Origin: an uncultured Verrucomicrobiae bacterium
GTDB taxonomy: Bacteria > Verrucomicrobiota > Verrucomicrobiia > Limisphaerales > Palsa-1400
Length of the DNA stretch: 64,000 bases
NCBI GenBank assembly: GCA_963702845.1
Contig: OY969763.1
Location: 5,963,560 to 6,027,559, forward strand
Direction of reading: 5' to 3'
The notes beneath the pieces are model-generated. The model had not been told where the DNA came from and did no database searches. It saw nothing but the letters and a program-made list of their open reading frames with translations. A program made the position numbers and the translations under genes. Below are positions 9,286 to 20,014 of the stretch, piece by piece (position 1 is the first letter of the stretch; the number at the start of each line of letters is the position of its first letter).

Positions 9286-11415
9286 GTGAAGGTTCTTCTC
9301 CGAACACTGCTGGTATTTTTCATCGTCCTATCTGCACACGCCGCAGCGAATACCCAATGGCGGTTAGTCCTTTCGACGGAGAGCGTTCAACCCGGCCAAA
9401 CCGTCATGGCTGGGCTCGAGATGAAAATCCCGACGAAGTGGCATACTTACTGGCGCAACCCTGGCGATTCCGGAATTGCGACATCGATTAAATGGACTCT
9501 TCCGCCCGGTGTCAAAGCCGGCGAAATCCTATGGCCGGTTCCCAGAAAATTCACTGAAAGCCAGGGCGAAATCAGTCTGGTCACCTACATTTACGAAGAC
9601 ACGGCTGTTCTATTGATCCCGCTCGAAATTTCCAAAGACGTTCCGTCCGGTCGCTTGGACATTCAGGGTAAAGTCTCCTGGCAGGAATGTGAGCAACTCT
9701 GCGTTCAAGGCCACACCGATGTCACCGCTACGCTCAACATCGGAACTGAAACAAAGCCTTCCGCAGACGCAGCTTTGATCGATCAATGGCGTCAACGCCT
9801 GCCAATAGCCGAACCAAAACCGAACGCCAAAGCATATTGGGAATCCGCCACTGCGACGGCTGACGAAAGGACCGTCGTCATCGAGTGGCAGACGTCTGAC
9901 CCGAAAGCGGATTTTTTTCCTTACAAACAATCCGGCTTCGACGTGGGCGGTCGGACCGAGGCTCAACCCGTTGGCAGGCGCGATGCGGAAAAGCTGCAAG
10001 CAATCAAGTTGCGAAAAGTGTTTTCGAAATCCGAAGGCGGCTGGCCAACCAGTTTGACTGGCGTTCTGGTCACTGGTGCAAATGAAGGATACGAAGTCAC
10101 GTTGCCAATCAGCTCAGCTCCCGTCGCCGCGATTGCAAGAACCGGCGCCAATTCGGCCTCGCTGATAAAAATGCTCTTCTACGCGCTTCTCGGCGGCCTG
10201 ATTCTAAATATCATGCCGTGCGTTCTCCCAGTGATCGCGTTGAAAGTTTTGGGCTTCGTCAACCAGGCGAAAGAAGAACCCCGGCTCGTTCGCAAGCTCG
10301 GAATTGTTTACGGAGTTGGTGTTCTCGTGTCGTTTTTCGTGCTCGCCCTCATCGCGATTGGCGTCCAAAAAGCCGGCGGCGTTCCGGATTGGGGGACCGC
10401 CTTCCGCAACCCGGTTTTCCGCGTTTTGATTACGATCCTGATCACGCTGGTCGCTCTTAACCTGTTTGGGTTATTCGAGGTCACCTTGAACGGAAGCACC
10501 CTCGGTGCAGCAGCGGAACTAACGGCCAAAGAGGGCTACCCCGGCGCATTCTTCAATGGTGTGCTGGCCACGATCCTCGCTACACCCTGCACGGCACCGT
10601 TCCTTGTCGGCGCGCTGGCCTTTGCATTTACGCAACCACCGCCGATTATCGTCTTAACCTTTCTCGTCGTTGGGATTGGTTTGGCGCTTCCGTTTGTCAT
10701 TATTTGCCTCGACCCGCGCCTGCTCAAATTCCTGCCGAAACCCGGAGTCTGGATGCATCATTTCAAAGTCGCCATGGGTTTTCCGGTGCTTGCGACCGCC
10801 ATGTGGCTCTTCTGGTTGACCGCCACGCGCATGGGCAGATCGGGCGTCCTGTGGTTCGGTCTCTTTCTCGTGATGCTTGCTTTCGCCGCGTGGGTCTGGG
10901 GCCAATTTGTCCAACGCACCTTCAAACGTCGCGGATTCGCCATCGGCGCGGCCCTGTTGGTGCTGGTTGTTGGCTACACCTACATTCTTGAAGGCAAACT
11001 CGCCTGGCGTTCCAATGGAATGATCAAAGAAGCGATTGTCTGGAAACCGTGGAGTTCCGAGGCTGTTGAAAAGGCGCGCCGCGACGGTCATCCCGTTCTC
11101 GTCGATTTCACAGCCGATTCATGCCTCAACTGCCAGTTCAACAAACTGACCAGCATCGAAGTCGCACCGACTGAAAAGAAGCTGAAAGAAATCGGTGCGG
11201 AGACTTTCGTGGCCGACTATACGGATCAAAGTCCTGTAATCGCCAAAGAACTTCAACGTTATGATCGGCCCGGTGTGCCTCTTGTCCTGGTTTTTCCCAC
11301 GGACCTCAACAAACCAGCAATCGTGCTACCGCCACTGTTGACGAAATCCATCGTCCTACACGCGCTTGATGAAGCTGTGGGCACGGTCGCTCCGAATCAG
11401 AGCGCCTCTCGCTGA
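9286..11415 (+). CDS. dsbD: Thiol:disulfide interchange protein, DsbD family
   Basis: WHTYWRNPGDSG N-domain, TM domain with MPCVLP and ATPCTAP, C-terminal thioredoxin fold CLNC. Confidence 0.85.
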   Translation: MKVLLRTLLVFFIVLSAHAAANTQWRLVLSTESVQPGQTVMAGLEMKIPTKWHTYWRNPGDSGIATSIKWTLPPGVKAGEILWPVPRKFTESQGEISLVTYIYEDTAVLLIPLEISKDVPSGRLDIQGKVSWQECEQLCVQGHTDVTATLNIGTETKPSADAALIDQWRQRLPIAEPKPNAKAYWESATATADERTVVIEWQTSDPKADFFPYKQSGFDVGGRTEAQPVGRRDAEKLQAIKLRKVFSKSEGGWPTSLTGVLVTGANEGYEVTLPISSAPVAAIARTGANSASLIKMLFYALLGGLILNIMPCVLPVIALKVLGFVNQAKEEPRLVRKLGIVYGVGVLVSFFVLALIAIGVQKAGGVPDWGTAFRNPVFRVLITILITLVALNLFGLFEVTLNGSTLGAAAELTAKEGYPGAFFNGVLATILATPCTAPFLVGALAFAFTQPPPIIVLTFLVVGIGLALPFVIICLDPRLLKFLPKPGVWMHHFKVAMGFPVLATAMWLFWLTATRMGRSGVLWFGLFLVMLAFAAWVWGQFVQRTFKRRGFAIGAALLVLVVGYTYILEGKLAWRSNGMIKEAIVWKPWSSEAVEKARRDGHPVLVDFTADSCLNCQFNKLTSIEVAPTEKKLKEIGAETFVADYTDQSPVIAKELQRYDRPGVPLVLVFPTDLNKPAIVLPPLLTKSIVLHALDEAVGTVAPNQSASR

Positions 11416-11424
11416 TCCGCTGAA

Positions 11425-12354
11425 CTAGAGCGACGCAAAAACTTTTTCGAGGAACAGCCGGTTCGCTTTTGCATTGGCTGTGACTTCGTCAAACGTTTTG
11501 CCTGCGGCGCATTCGACCATCACCGGTCCGTTGAAACCGGCTTTCTTCATTTCGCCAAACACCGCCGGGAAATCCACCTTGCCCTGGCCGAACTGCACGA
11601 ACACGTCACCCTTCTGTTCGTCGCAATCTTTGGCGCAGAAGCCGGTGACGTATTGCACGATCGGCTTCAACTGCTCGACGGGATCTTTGCCCGTGTAATA
11701 AATGATGTTGCCCGCGTCGTACCAAATTTTGAAATTCGGCCGGTTCACCGCTTTGATACAGCGCAAGATTTCCTCAGACGCCCCACTCCCGCCGCCGTGT
11801 GGCTTCATCACCAGCTTAATTTTCTTTTCCGCGCAATAATCCGCCGTGTCCGCCATCACCTTGTAATAAGTGTCGTAATGCTCCGGTTTATCCACGCCGA
11901 AAGTCAGCAGCCATTCCGTGCCGAGCGTATGCGCATTATCCACCTGTTTGCGGACGTCTTTTATCTGCGCGTCCAGCGGCAGCGAATCCTTCTGTCGTAG
12001 CGCACACATATTTGCGTGCAGATGGTGCGACGCGGTTTTCTTCTTCAACGCCGCCAGATATTCCGGCGTCGCACTGGAGCCGTTGAACGGATCTTCCGGC
12101 ATGCTCGTCAGATACCCAAAAAATTTGTAACCCGCCTTCTCGGCACCGGTGAGCGCGACGTCGATGCCCCAATTCGCTTTCTGCGGCACCGTAATCGGCT
12201 GCGTCTTTGTGCCGAACTGTTGCATCCACGGCCGGTTGAAAACGCCGATCGGCCAATTCACACCCGGTTTGGCTTGCGCCGAAACTGCTGCGCCGGCGAC
12301 GGCAAGGGCTGTGGTTTGGACAAAGTGACGTCGGGACATGCGATGCGTGTTCAT
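11425..12354 (-). CDS. Tat-exported sugar phosphate isomerase/epimerase (xylose isomerase-like TIM barrel)
   Basis: SRRHF twin-arginine signal; WYDAGN, CAKD, GQGKVDF motifs. Confidence 0.8.
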   Translation of the reverse strand: MNTHRMSRRHFVQTTALAVAGAAVSAQAKPGVNWPIGVFNRPWMQQFGTKTQPITVPQKANWGIDVALTGAEKAGYKFFGYLTSMPEDPFNGSSATPEYLAALKKKTASHHLHANMCALRQKDSLPLDAQIKDVRKQVDNAHTLGTEWLLTFGVDKPEHYDTYYKVMADTADYCAEKKIKLVMKPHGGGSGASEEILRCIKAVNRPNFKIWYDAGNIIYYTGKDPVEQLKPIVQYVTGFCAKDCDEQKGDVFVQFGQGKVDFPAVFGEMKKAGFNGPVMVECAAGKTFDEVTANAKANRLFLEKVFASL

Positions 12355-12501
12355 ATATCTGAGGCCGCAATTTACGGCTCCCGATTTACCAATGACCAGT
12401 CTTTTCTGCCAACGGATGCCGCGATCGGGAAAATTCGGAGTGGGCGAGTCAATCCAACAGCCAATTGCAAATGGGCCGTCTTTTGCTACTGTGCTCGCCT
12501 C

Positions 12502-14031
12502 ATGCGGACGATTGGCAAACTAATTATCCTTTCGGCAGTGTTGGGCGTGATCGCCTGCCGCACTGGTGCGCAAACAAACACCTTCCCTTCCGACCCGCTC
12601 CTCGACCTGCTGATTAAGAAAGGTTACGTCAGCGAAGACGAAGCCAAAAAAGTCCGGGCCGAAGCCGGCGCGGCGCAAACCAACAACACTGATCTCGCGC
12701 GCACGAAATGGACGATTGGCAATGGCTTCAAGAAAGGTGAGTTTTTTGGCGACGTTCGTTTGCGCTTCGAAGATCGCACGGTCCATGCTCCGAACGGTTC
12801 CCGCTTCGAACTCGACCGTTTGCGTTACGCCGCGCGCATAGGCCTGCGCGCCGATCTTGTGGGTGATTTTTATTTCGGCCTGCGTCTGGAAACCGCCTCC
12901 AACCCGCGTTCGACATGGGTAAACTTCGCCACTTCCACCAGCGGCGCGCCTTACTCCGGGCCCTTCGGAAAATCGTCAGCCGGCATTAACGTTGGACAGA
13001 TCTATATTGGCTACAAACCCAAACCGTGGGTCGACATCACATTGGGAAAGATGCCCAACCCGCTCTACACCACGGCGATGCTTTGGGATTCTGATCTCAA
13101 TCCCGAAGGCGCATCAGAACGGTTTAATTTCAAACTCGGTGACGCCGAATTGTTCGCCAATTTCGGCCAATTTTATTATCAGGACGTAAACCCGACGCGA
13201 AGCGCCGCCTTTCTCGTACCTACACTTCCAGACGGTTCCGACGCGCCCTCTCCCTGGATGTTCGCATGGCAATTAGGCGCCAACTACCACATCAATCAGG
13301 ACATCTCCGCCAAAGCCGCCGCCACGCTCTACAACTACACCAGCCACGGTGCCCTGGCGCTCGCGGGCAGTTCCACCCTCAATCCGGGCTTTAACGGACC
13401 TTTTGTCGGTGAAGGCGCGACTAATTTCAACGGCAGCAGTGGATTCCCGAGTGGCCCGAACAACGGCTTCGTGTTCAATCAAACAGGCATCAACGACCTG
13501 CTCGTCCTCGACTTCCCGTTCGAACTCAACTTCAAACTTTGTGACTATCGCGCCCGCTTCTTCGGCGACTTCGCAATGAATTTAGACGGCGCCGATCGCG
13601 CCCGCGCTGCTGTGCAGGGCGCAGCCAACAACACGTCCATGAAACTGACGTTGCCGCTACAGAAAAACGACAACAAAGCCTATCAACTCGGCATCGCACT
13701 TTCCAATGGTGACAACATCAATACCGTCAACGGCTCCAACAATCATCGTGGCGGTTGGGAAACCCGTTTGTATTGGCAGCACGTCGAACAATACGCCCTT
13801 GATCCCAACCTCATAGACTCCGATTTCTTTGAAGGCCGTGAGAACCTTGAAGGCATCTACGTCGCCGCCGCCTATTCTGTCACCGACAACATCATCGGCA
13901 CCCTCCGCTTCGGCCACGCTTGGCGCATCAACTCCCTCCTCGGCACCGGCGGCTCCAACCAGGACATCCCTTTTGTAAACCCCATTCAGGACTACCAAAT
14001 CATCCAGGCCGACTTCACCTGCCGGTTCTAA
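12502..14031 (+). CDS. Putative porin (Porin_5-like)
   Basis: Signal peptide, LLIKKG, GDVRLRFE, WDSDLNPEG, terminal Phe. Confidence 0.78.
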   Translation: MRTIGKLIILSAVLGVIACRTGAQTNTFPSDPLLDLLIKKGYVSEDEAKKVRAEAGAAQTNNTDLARTKWTIGNGFKKGEFFGDVRLRFEDRTVHAPNGSRFELDRLRYAARIGLRADLVGDFYFGLRLETASNPRSTWVNFATSTSGAPYSGPFGKSSAGINVGQIYIGYKPKPWVDITLGKMPNPLYTTAMLWDSDLNPEGASERFNFKLGDAELFANFGQFYYQDVNPTRSAAFLVPTLPDGSDAPSPWMFAWQLGANYHINQDISAKAAATLYNYTSHGALALAGSSTLNPGFNGPFVGEGATNFNGSSGFPSGPNNGFVFNQTGINDLLVLDFPFELNFKLCDYRARFFGDFAMNLDGADRARAAVQGAANNTSMKLTLPLQKNDNKAYQLGIALSNGDNINTVNGSNNHRGGWETRLYWQHVEQYALDPNLIDSDFFEGRENLEGIYVAAAYSVTDNIIGTLRFGHAWRINSLLGTGGSNQDIPFVNPIQDYQIIQADFTCRF

Positions 14032-14230
14032 TGGGTAGGGGGTAGGGCGAAGCTCCGGCTGAGCCTTTCAGCAGTGCAGCCTTCACATCTTGACAAGTAG
14101 TGCCTTTATGTCACGCTCCATCGCCTGCCGGGCTCGGCTCGTCGGTGTTCCGAAGCCTTTGGTTTCGCTCCGCGTTCTTTGACATAAATGTAACTACAGT
14201 AGCAGGTTCCGTTTACGAATTTGCCGTGGA

Positions 14231-14280
14231 AAGTAGCTACAAGTTGCGACTTGTAGTTGATTGTAGCAACTAGTAGCAAC
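14231..14280. repeat. 10-bp-period degenerate GTAG array containing a hairpin
   Basis: aagtagctac aagttgcgac ttgtagttga ttgtagcaac tagtagcaac; CTACAAGT-tgcg-ACTTGTAG inverted repeat at 14237-14256. Confidence 0.55.
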
Positions 14281-14327
14281 ATCCCCGCAAGAAAAGCGCC
14301 TTGCCTTGGTGCAGCTGTGGTAAGTTC

Positions 14328-17300
14328 TTAACCTTGAGCGGTTTTCGGTGCAAAACGCCCCCATCGCAACGCCAACGTTGGTAGCACGAGCAGGTTCAAC
14401 ACCGTCGAGGTCAGTAGCCCGCCAAGAATCACAATCGACATCGGTCCTTCGATTTCGCGTCCGGCCTCTCCTGTCCCGATGGCCAGTGGCAAAAGACCTA
14501 ACGCCGTTACCAGAGCAGTCATCAAAATCGGCACAAGCCGCTCCGTGGCTCCACGCAACGCTGCTTCAGGCCCCCACGGAATGCCTTCCTGGGTGACGAG
14601 ATGTTCGAAGTGCGAAATCATCATGATCGAGTTGCGCATCGTAATGCCGAAGAGCGTCACAAGTCCGACCATCGAGCCGAGTGAAAGATCACCCTTGCCT
14701 GTGTCGCTCAGCACGCCAGTAATAAAGGCCGCGAGGATGCCGCCAACCAACGCAAATGGAACGTTCGCCAAAACCAGCAGCAGGTTGCGCCAATTGCCGA
14801 AAATAATCGCGAGCAGAAGAACGATTGCGACACCCGCAATAAGCGAGTGAATGAGTAACTCACGTTGGGCCGCCGCCTGTTGTTGGGCTGCGCCGGAGTA
14901 GACGATATACGCAACCTTGGGTAATTGAACCTGGGCCGCAACCTTTTGCTTCGCTTCGGCCACAAACGTCGAAACATCACGGCCGCGCACGTTGCACGTT
15001 ACCGTCTGCCGTCGCCGTGCGCCCTCGTGCAAAATATTGTAACGGCCTGACGTCGTGTAAATTGCTGCCAGCTCACGCAAAGGCATGCGCAAACCGGAAT
15101 CATTCTGCACCATAAACGATTCGATGCTGTGCCTGTTTTGCCGATCCACGGAATCGAGAATCACTGCCACATCCGTGACGCGGTTCCCTTGATAAACCTG
15201 TCCGACGATGTTTCCCTGAAACGCGAGTTCGATTGCGTCCAGCACTTCAAGGGGGCGATAGCCGAATCGGGTTAACCGCTCTGGTTTCAAATCGATGGCA
15301 ATGCGTGGAGCGCCCGGCGGTGATTGCACCTGGACATCAGTCGAGCCGTTTACGCCCTGCAGCAACGCGGCAATTTCCCGCGCTTTCTGATCGGCAACAT
15401 CGAGGTCCTCGCAAAAAATGTTGAGCACCACGCCGGCCGTTTCGCCGCTGACGCTTTCACCAATGCGATCGCCGAGGAAGGTCATGACGCTGGACTGCGC
15501 GCCGGGAAATTTTTCAACAATCTCACGTATCTCCTTTTCAGCGACCTCTTCGTCTTCACCGCTGACACCCCGTTTCAGCTCGACGTGAAATTCGCAGCGT
15601 TGCGGCCCCCAGGTATCCTCGCCCATCTCAGCGCGGCCAACCTGTTGCTCGACTGATTGAATTTTGGAGTTGGCGAGAAGCTCTTTGGAAACCTCCGCGC
15701 CGACCCGCAGCATTTCCGGAAGCGACGTGCCCGGCACCATTGAAAACTGAATGACGAAATGTCCTTCGCGAAATTCCGGAAGAAACGCGCCACCGAAAAA
15801 GGGCAGGGTGGCACATGCTCCGAGCACAAGAAGAATTGCCAGAGTAATGATCAGTTTCGGCCAGCGCGCGGCGGCGCTGAGCAGCGTGCGTTGTCGGGTT
15901 TTGAGCCAACCGATGTATCGCGGTTCCGCGTGCGGTTTGATCCGCGAAAAAACCAGGTAACACAACGCCGGCGTCACGGTCAGTGCGACGGCCAGCGAGG
16001 CCAGCGTCGCGAGGATGAACGCCACCGCGAGCGGCGCGAAGAAACGTCCTTGCAGGCCGCTCATCGTCAGCACCGGCAAAAATACGAGCGCCACGATAAA
16101 CGTCGCGTAAACAATAGCGGAACGGACTTCAATCGATGCCTCCAGGACGACCGCGAAAACTGAACGCGGTTGCGGCAAGGTGATGTTGTGGCGCAATCGT
16201 CGAAGAATGTTTTCGACGTCAATAATCGCGTCGTCGACCACAACCCCGATCGCGACCGCAAAGCCGCCCAGCGTCATCGTGTTAATGGTCGCGCCAAAAT
16301 GATCGAGGATGATGACAGCCGTGAGCAGTGACAATGGAATCGCCATGAACGAAATCAGGGCGCTGCGAAAATCGAGCAGAAACAAAAACAAAATCACGGC
16401 AACGAGCCCGCCGCCGAGCAGCAGCGAGAACTGCACGTTGCGCAACCCCGTTTCAATGAAATTGGCGGGCCGATGGAGTCGTGGCACATACTGAATGTCT
16501 TCCTTTTCAAAGAGCGGCTTCATCTCATCGAGGGCGGCCTCTAGACCCTGCGTCACTTCCAAGGTGTTCGCGCCATACTGGCCGGAGACGGTGATCAATA
16601 CTCCGGGTTGCCCCATGATGAGAGAATCGCCAAACTTTGGCTCGAGTCCATCGACCACGTTCGCGACATCTTTGAGCCGGACTGTCTTGCCATCGGAATG
16701 TGCGACGGCGATTTCACCAAGAGCGGCTGCGTTGAGGCTTTGTCCTTCTGTTTGCAATACAATGCGCTGATTGGCGTTCTCGATGAACCCGGCGCCGCGC
16801 ACGCCGGTTGCATTACGCGCGGCGTTAAGAACGTCTTGAACTGAAATGTTGAACGCGATGAGCCGGTCTGGACGAATCTGGATTTGCAGTTGGGTTGAGT
16901 CACCGCCAAACACGGAGACCTTCGCAACACCAGGAACCGCGAGGAGACGAGGACGCACCGTCCATTCGCCGAACGTGTGCAAATCGACTGGCGAGATATT
17001 CGTCGAGATCAGCCCGAACTTGAGGATGTCCATCGTTGAGGATGTGAGCGGCTCCATCTTCGGCGACTTCACGCCGGGGGGAAGTTCGCCTGCGAGGGTC
17101 GTCAGTTTTTCCGCAAGCATTTGGCGCGCGCGGAAAATATCAGTGCCTTCTTTGAAGACCGCGGTGACAACCGACAATCCCTGGATTGATTCCGATCGGA
17201 TGTTTTCAAGATCACTCACTCCGCTGAGGGCGCTTTCGACAGGTCGCGTGACAATCGCTTCAACCTGTTCAGGCGCGAGCCCCGGCGATTCGGTTTGGAC

Positions 17301-17444
17301 GACAACCTGTGGAGTGACGAATTCAGGGAAAACGTCCAGCTTAGCATTCAGCGACACATAAATGCCGTAGCCAATGAGCACGCACGCAAGCGTCAGGACG
17401 ACGGCGCGAAAACGTAGAGCGTGTTGGACAATCCAGTTGAGCAT
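14328..17444 (-). CDS. Heavy-metal efflux RND permease (CusA/CzcA family)
   Basis: LDVFPEF, GVVVDDAIIDVEN, RLVPILMTALVTALGLLP; ~1039 aa. Confidence 0.92.
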   Translation of the reverse strand: MLNWIVQHALRFRAVVLTLACVLIGYGIYVSLNAKLDVFPEFVTPQVVVQTESPGLAPEQVEAIVTRPVESALSGVSDLENIRSESIQGLSVVTAVFKEGTDIFRARQMLAEKLTTLAGELPPGVKSPKMEPLTSSTMDILKFGLISTNISPVDLHTFGEWTVRPRLLAVPGVAKVSVFGGDSTQLQIQIRPDRLIAFNISVQDVLNAARNATGVRGAGFIENANQRIVLQTEGQSLNAAALGEIAVAHSDGKTVRLKDVANVVDGLEPKFGDSLIMGQPGVLITVSGQYGANTLEVTQGLEAALDEMKPLFEKEDIQYVPRLHRPANFIETGLRNVQFSLLLGGGLVAVILFLFLLDFRSALISFMAIPLSLLTAVIILDHFGATINTMTLGGFAVAIGVVVDDAIIDVENILRRLRHNITLPQPRSVFAVVLEASIEVRSAIVYATFIVALVFLPVLTMSGLQGRFFAPLAVAFILATLASLAVALTVTPALCYLVFSRIKPHAEPRYIGWLKTRQRTLLSAAARWPKLIITLAILLVLGACATLPFFGGAFLPEFREGHFVIQFSMVPGTSLPEMLRVGAEVSKELLANSKIQSVEQQVGRAEMGEDTWGPQRCEFHVELKRGVSGEDEEVAEKEIREIVEKFPGAQSSVMTFLGDRIGESVSGETAGVVLNIFCEDLDVADQKAREIAALLQGVNGSTDVQVQSPPGAPRIAIDLKPERLTRFGYRPLEVLDAIELAFQGNIVGQVYQGNRVTDVAVILDSVDRQNRHSIESFMVQNDSGLRMPLRELAAIYTTSGRYNILHEGARRRQTVTCNVRGRDVSTFVAEAKQKVAAQVQLPKVAYIVYSGAAQQQAAAQRELLIHSLIAGVAIVLLLAIIFGNWRNLLLVLANVPFALVGGILAAFITGVLSDTGKGDLSLGSMVGLVTLFGITMRNSIMMISHFEHLVTQEGIPWGPEAALRGATERLVPILMTALVTALGLLPLAIGTGEAGREIEGPMSIVILGGLLTSTVLNLLVLPTLALRWGRFAPKTAQG

Positions 17445-18439
17445 TAGTCGATGCTGATTTGTGCTTTTTGCTCTTCCGACAACAACTCCTGCGCGCCCTG
17501 GACAACGACGCGGTCGCCGGCTTTCACTGCATTGGTGGATGATTGGAACCATCCGCCTTGCGCCGGAATTTGGAGCGAGACTTCAGTGCGGGTGAGAGTG
17601 TTCGTGCTCGTGGCAACGTAGGTCCACACTTTGCCGATGAACTGCACGACGGCCGATTCCGGCACTGTGACGCCTTGCTGAGCCGCGCTGGTCGTTTGCA
17701 ACAGAGCTCTGATCGATGCGCCCGGACGCACTTGCGTCGAATCGCATTCGAGGATGAACCCTTCGCCCTGCGTTTTCGGATCCACCTTCGTTGCTCGGGA
17801 AATCACTTTCGCAGTCTGCCATTGTTCAGAACTCAACGTGGTGATGCGAGCTGCCGTTGGTTCATCTGAAATCGCTTCGCCGGCAGGCAAGTCCATGCGA
17901 GCAATGGCCGTTTTGTTCGCGAGAAGATTGTTGATCAAGGTTTGTAAATTGGTGGCGGAAAGTTTTGAAATATTCTGCCCCCACTCGAGTGCGATTTGTT
18001 GCTGGAGCGATTGCAGTTTAATCTCGTTGGCGCGAACGTCGGCTTCGGTGGATTCCAAAGTTTTGCGCGCGACATTTTCACCTTGATCAAAGAGCGATTT
18101 TGCACGGGCGGCAGCCTTTTTGGATGTTTCAAGCGACACCAACGTCGTGGCCATTTCGTTTTGAGAAGTAATCAGAGACGTCGGGTCGAGCACCATGCCG
18201 TATGCGGCTAGTTCCGGCGTGTGCTGCGTCGACTTAAGTTCTTCGAGCTTCAAACCGATTCGCTTCTGCGCTTCGTCAGTTACCGTCACAATGACGTCGC
18301 CCTTTTCCGAGCGTTTGATTTCAATCGGTTTGGCTTCAGTCGTCGCTGCCTCAGCCGGTTTTTCCGCGGGTTTGGAGCAGCCGAAAGCTAACGCCAGGCA
18401 TAGAAGCAGCAGTCCCACGTGCTGTTTTAAAATTTTCAT
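17444..18439 (-). CDS. RND efflux membrane fusion protein (lipoprotein)
   Basis: Lipobox AFGC; C-terminal GDRVVVQGAQELLSEE; operon position. Confidence 0.85.
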   Translation of the reverse strand: MKILKQHVGLLLLCLALAFGCSKPAEKPAEAATTEAKPIEIKRSEKGDVIVTVTDEAQKRIGLKLEELKSTQHTPELAAYGMVLDPTSLITSQNEMATTLVSLETSKKAAARAKSLFDQGENVARKTLESTEADVRANEIKLQSLQQQIALEWGQNISKLSATNLQTLINNLLANKTAIARMDLPAGEAISDEPTAARITTLSSEQWQTAKVISRATKVDPKTQGEGFILECDSTQVRPGASIRALLQTTSAAQQGVTVPESAVVQFIGKVWTYVATSTNTLTRTEVSLQIPAQGGWFQSSTNAVKAGDRVVVQGAQELLSEEQKAQISID

Positions 18440-19846
18440 CGTTTGTCTTTCTCAGTCGCGAGATCGGGTGAGGCGAGCAAGCGAACATTCGTTGGCTCCG
18501 AAATTGGCTTTTGCACGGCATTTTCCAAGGCTCCGAGAGCTTGTTGCACAACGCGGAGCGATTCCAGTTGTCCGCGACGCGCTTCCAGTCGTTGTAACTG
18601 CGCGATCCAAACTGCTGATTGATCGGCTTCACCGGCTTGAACAGTCGCTTCGGCCGATTTGAAATTGTGAGTCTGTGCCGCGATCAAAGTGCTATCATTG
18701 GTCCACTGCATATACGCGCGGCGATACGCGGCCAGCCCGCGTTCCGTATCCTGAATGGCTGCGGACTGAACTGCCAAAAACCGAACCTCCGCTTCCTTTC
18801 GCTTCGCTTCAGCCTCGGTGATCGGTCCCGCGATTGCGGCTCAAGATCGGAAGAGTTGCCGACGCACCGATGCCAAACTTGTGTTCGCCCTGATCAAATT
18901 CGTAACCGGGGCTGATGTGAACGTCCGGATATTGTTTCGCAATTTCCAATTGAAGCGCCGCCTCGCTCGCCGCATATTCCGCCAGCGAGCGACGGACGTC
19001 GAGCCGGTTTAGAACGCCCGCAGTCTGCACAGCCGCTTTCGAGACATGTTCCGGTTTCGGCGGTTCGTCGTAGCGCCAATGGACGCGCATCTTTTCGAAA
19101 ACCGACATGGGAATACCCAACGATGCAGCCACTTGGTATCGCGCCTCCGCCAAACGTGTCTCGGCTTTGGTTTGTGCAATTGATGAGCTGATAAACTCCG
19201 TGCGTACCACGTTCACCTCGATGTGCGAGGCTTCACCAGCTTGGGCGTAACGTTCCAAGCGAGCCAGAAGGTTTGAACGCAAATTCATTTCCGTCCGCAA
19301 ATACTGCGCATCAAGGTCCGCCGCGTAATACTCAACCAGGTTCGACCGCAAATCGCCGCGAACTTTCCATGCCGCTTCACCCAACGCCAGTTGCGACGCG
19401 AGCGTCAATTGCTTGGCCTGTTCGCGCCGGTGCTTCCGCTTCCCTGCCGTCTCAATCGGGATATCCCAACTGAATCCAAAAAGCCACGGGGAGGTGCCGG
19501 TATCCGAATTGACGGCATATTGGGGCGCGAAACTGACGCTTGGGTTGGGCCGTTCTCCCGCGGAAATTTCCCCAGCCGCAGATTCCGCCACTTTCGCACG
19601 CGCCAACTGCAGGTCGGGATGAAAGTAGAACGCAACGAGCGTCAGGGCTTCCAGGTCGAATTCTTGAGGCGGCCAGTTTGCGGCTAGATTGGTCGAGTTT
19701 TTCGCGATGAACTCACGCAGCCCGACGTCGTCAATTGCTCTCGATCGAAATGCCGCCTCCGTTCGCGCTGGCGAAATCGGGGCAGGCTTGTAGCTGACGC
19801 ACCCCGCGAGAATCCCCAAAAAAATGACAAACAAACAACGCTTCAC
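18436..19846 (-). CDS. TolC-family outer membrane efflux protein (frameshift near 18827)
   Basis: Lipobox LAGC, ETAGKR, LEIAKQYPD; removing one G from cgcgggaccg restores RNRGPITEAEAKR. Confidence 0.85.
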
Positions 19847-20014
19847 AGTCGGTGTTAGTCAACGCAAACGGGCACCGCAAATCAAGGAGCGCTGCATGAC
19901 ACTTTCTTCATGGAATGCCGAAAAAGTGCCGTAAAGATGATGGTTTCTGTTTATTTCCAAACCGAGATGTGATTGAATAACAATCCGGCACACGCCGTCT
20001 GAAAAGAGCCCAAT

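Noticed and set aside
18809..18840. Programmed frameshifting or pseudogenes in tolC, nuoC, the ABC exporter and the phosphoesterase
   Set aside because: Most breaks are single-base changes in short homopolymers within otherwise conserved genes, best explained by sequencing indels
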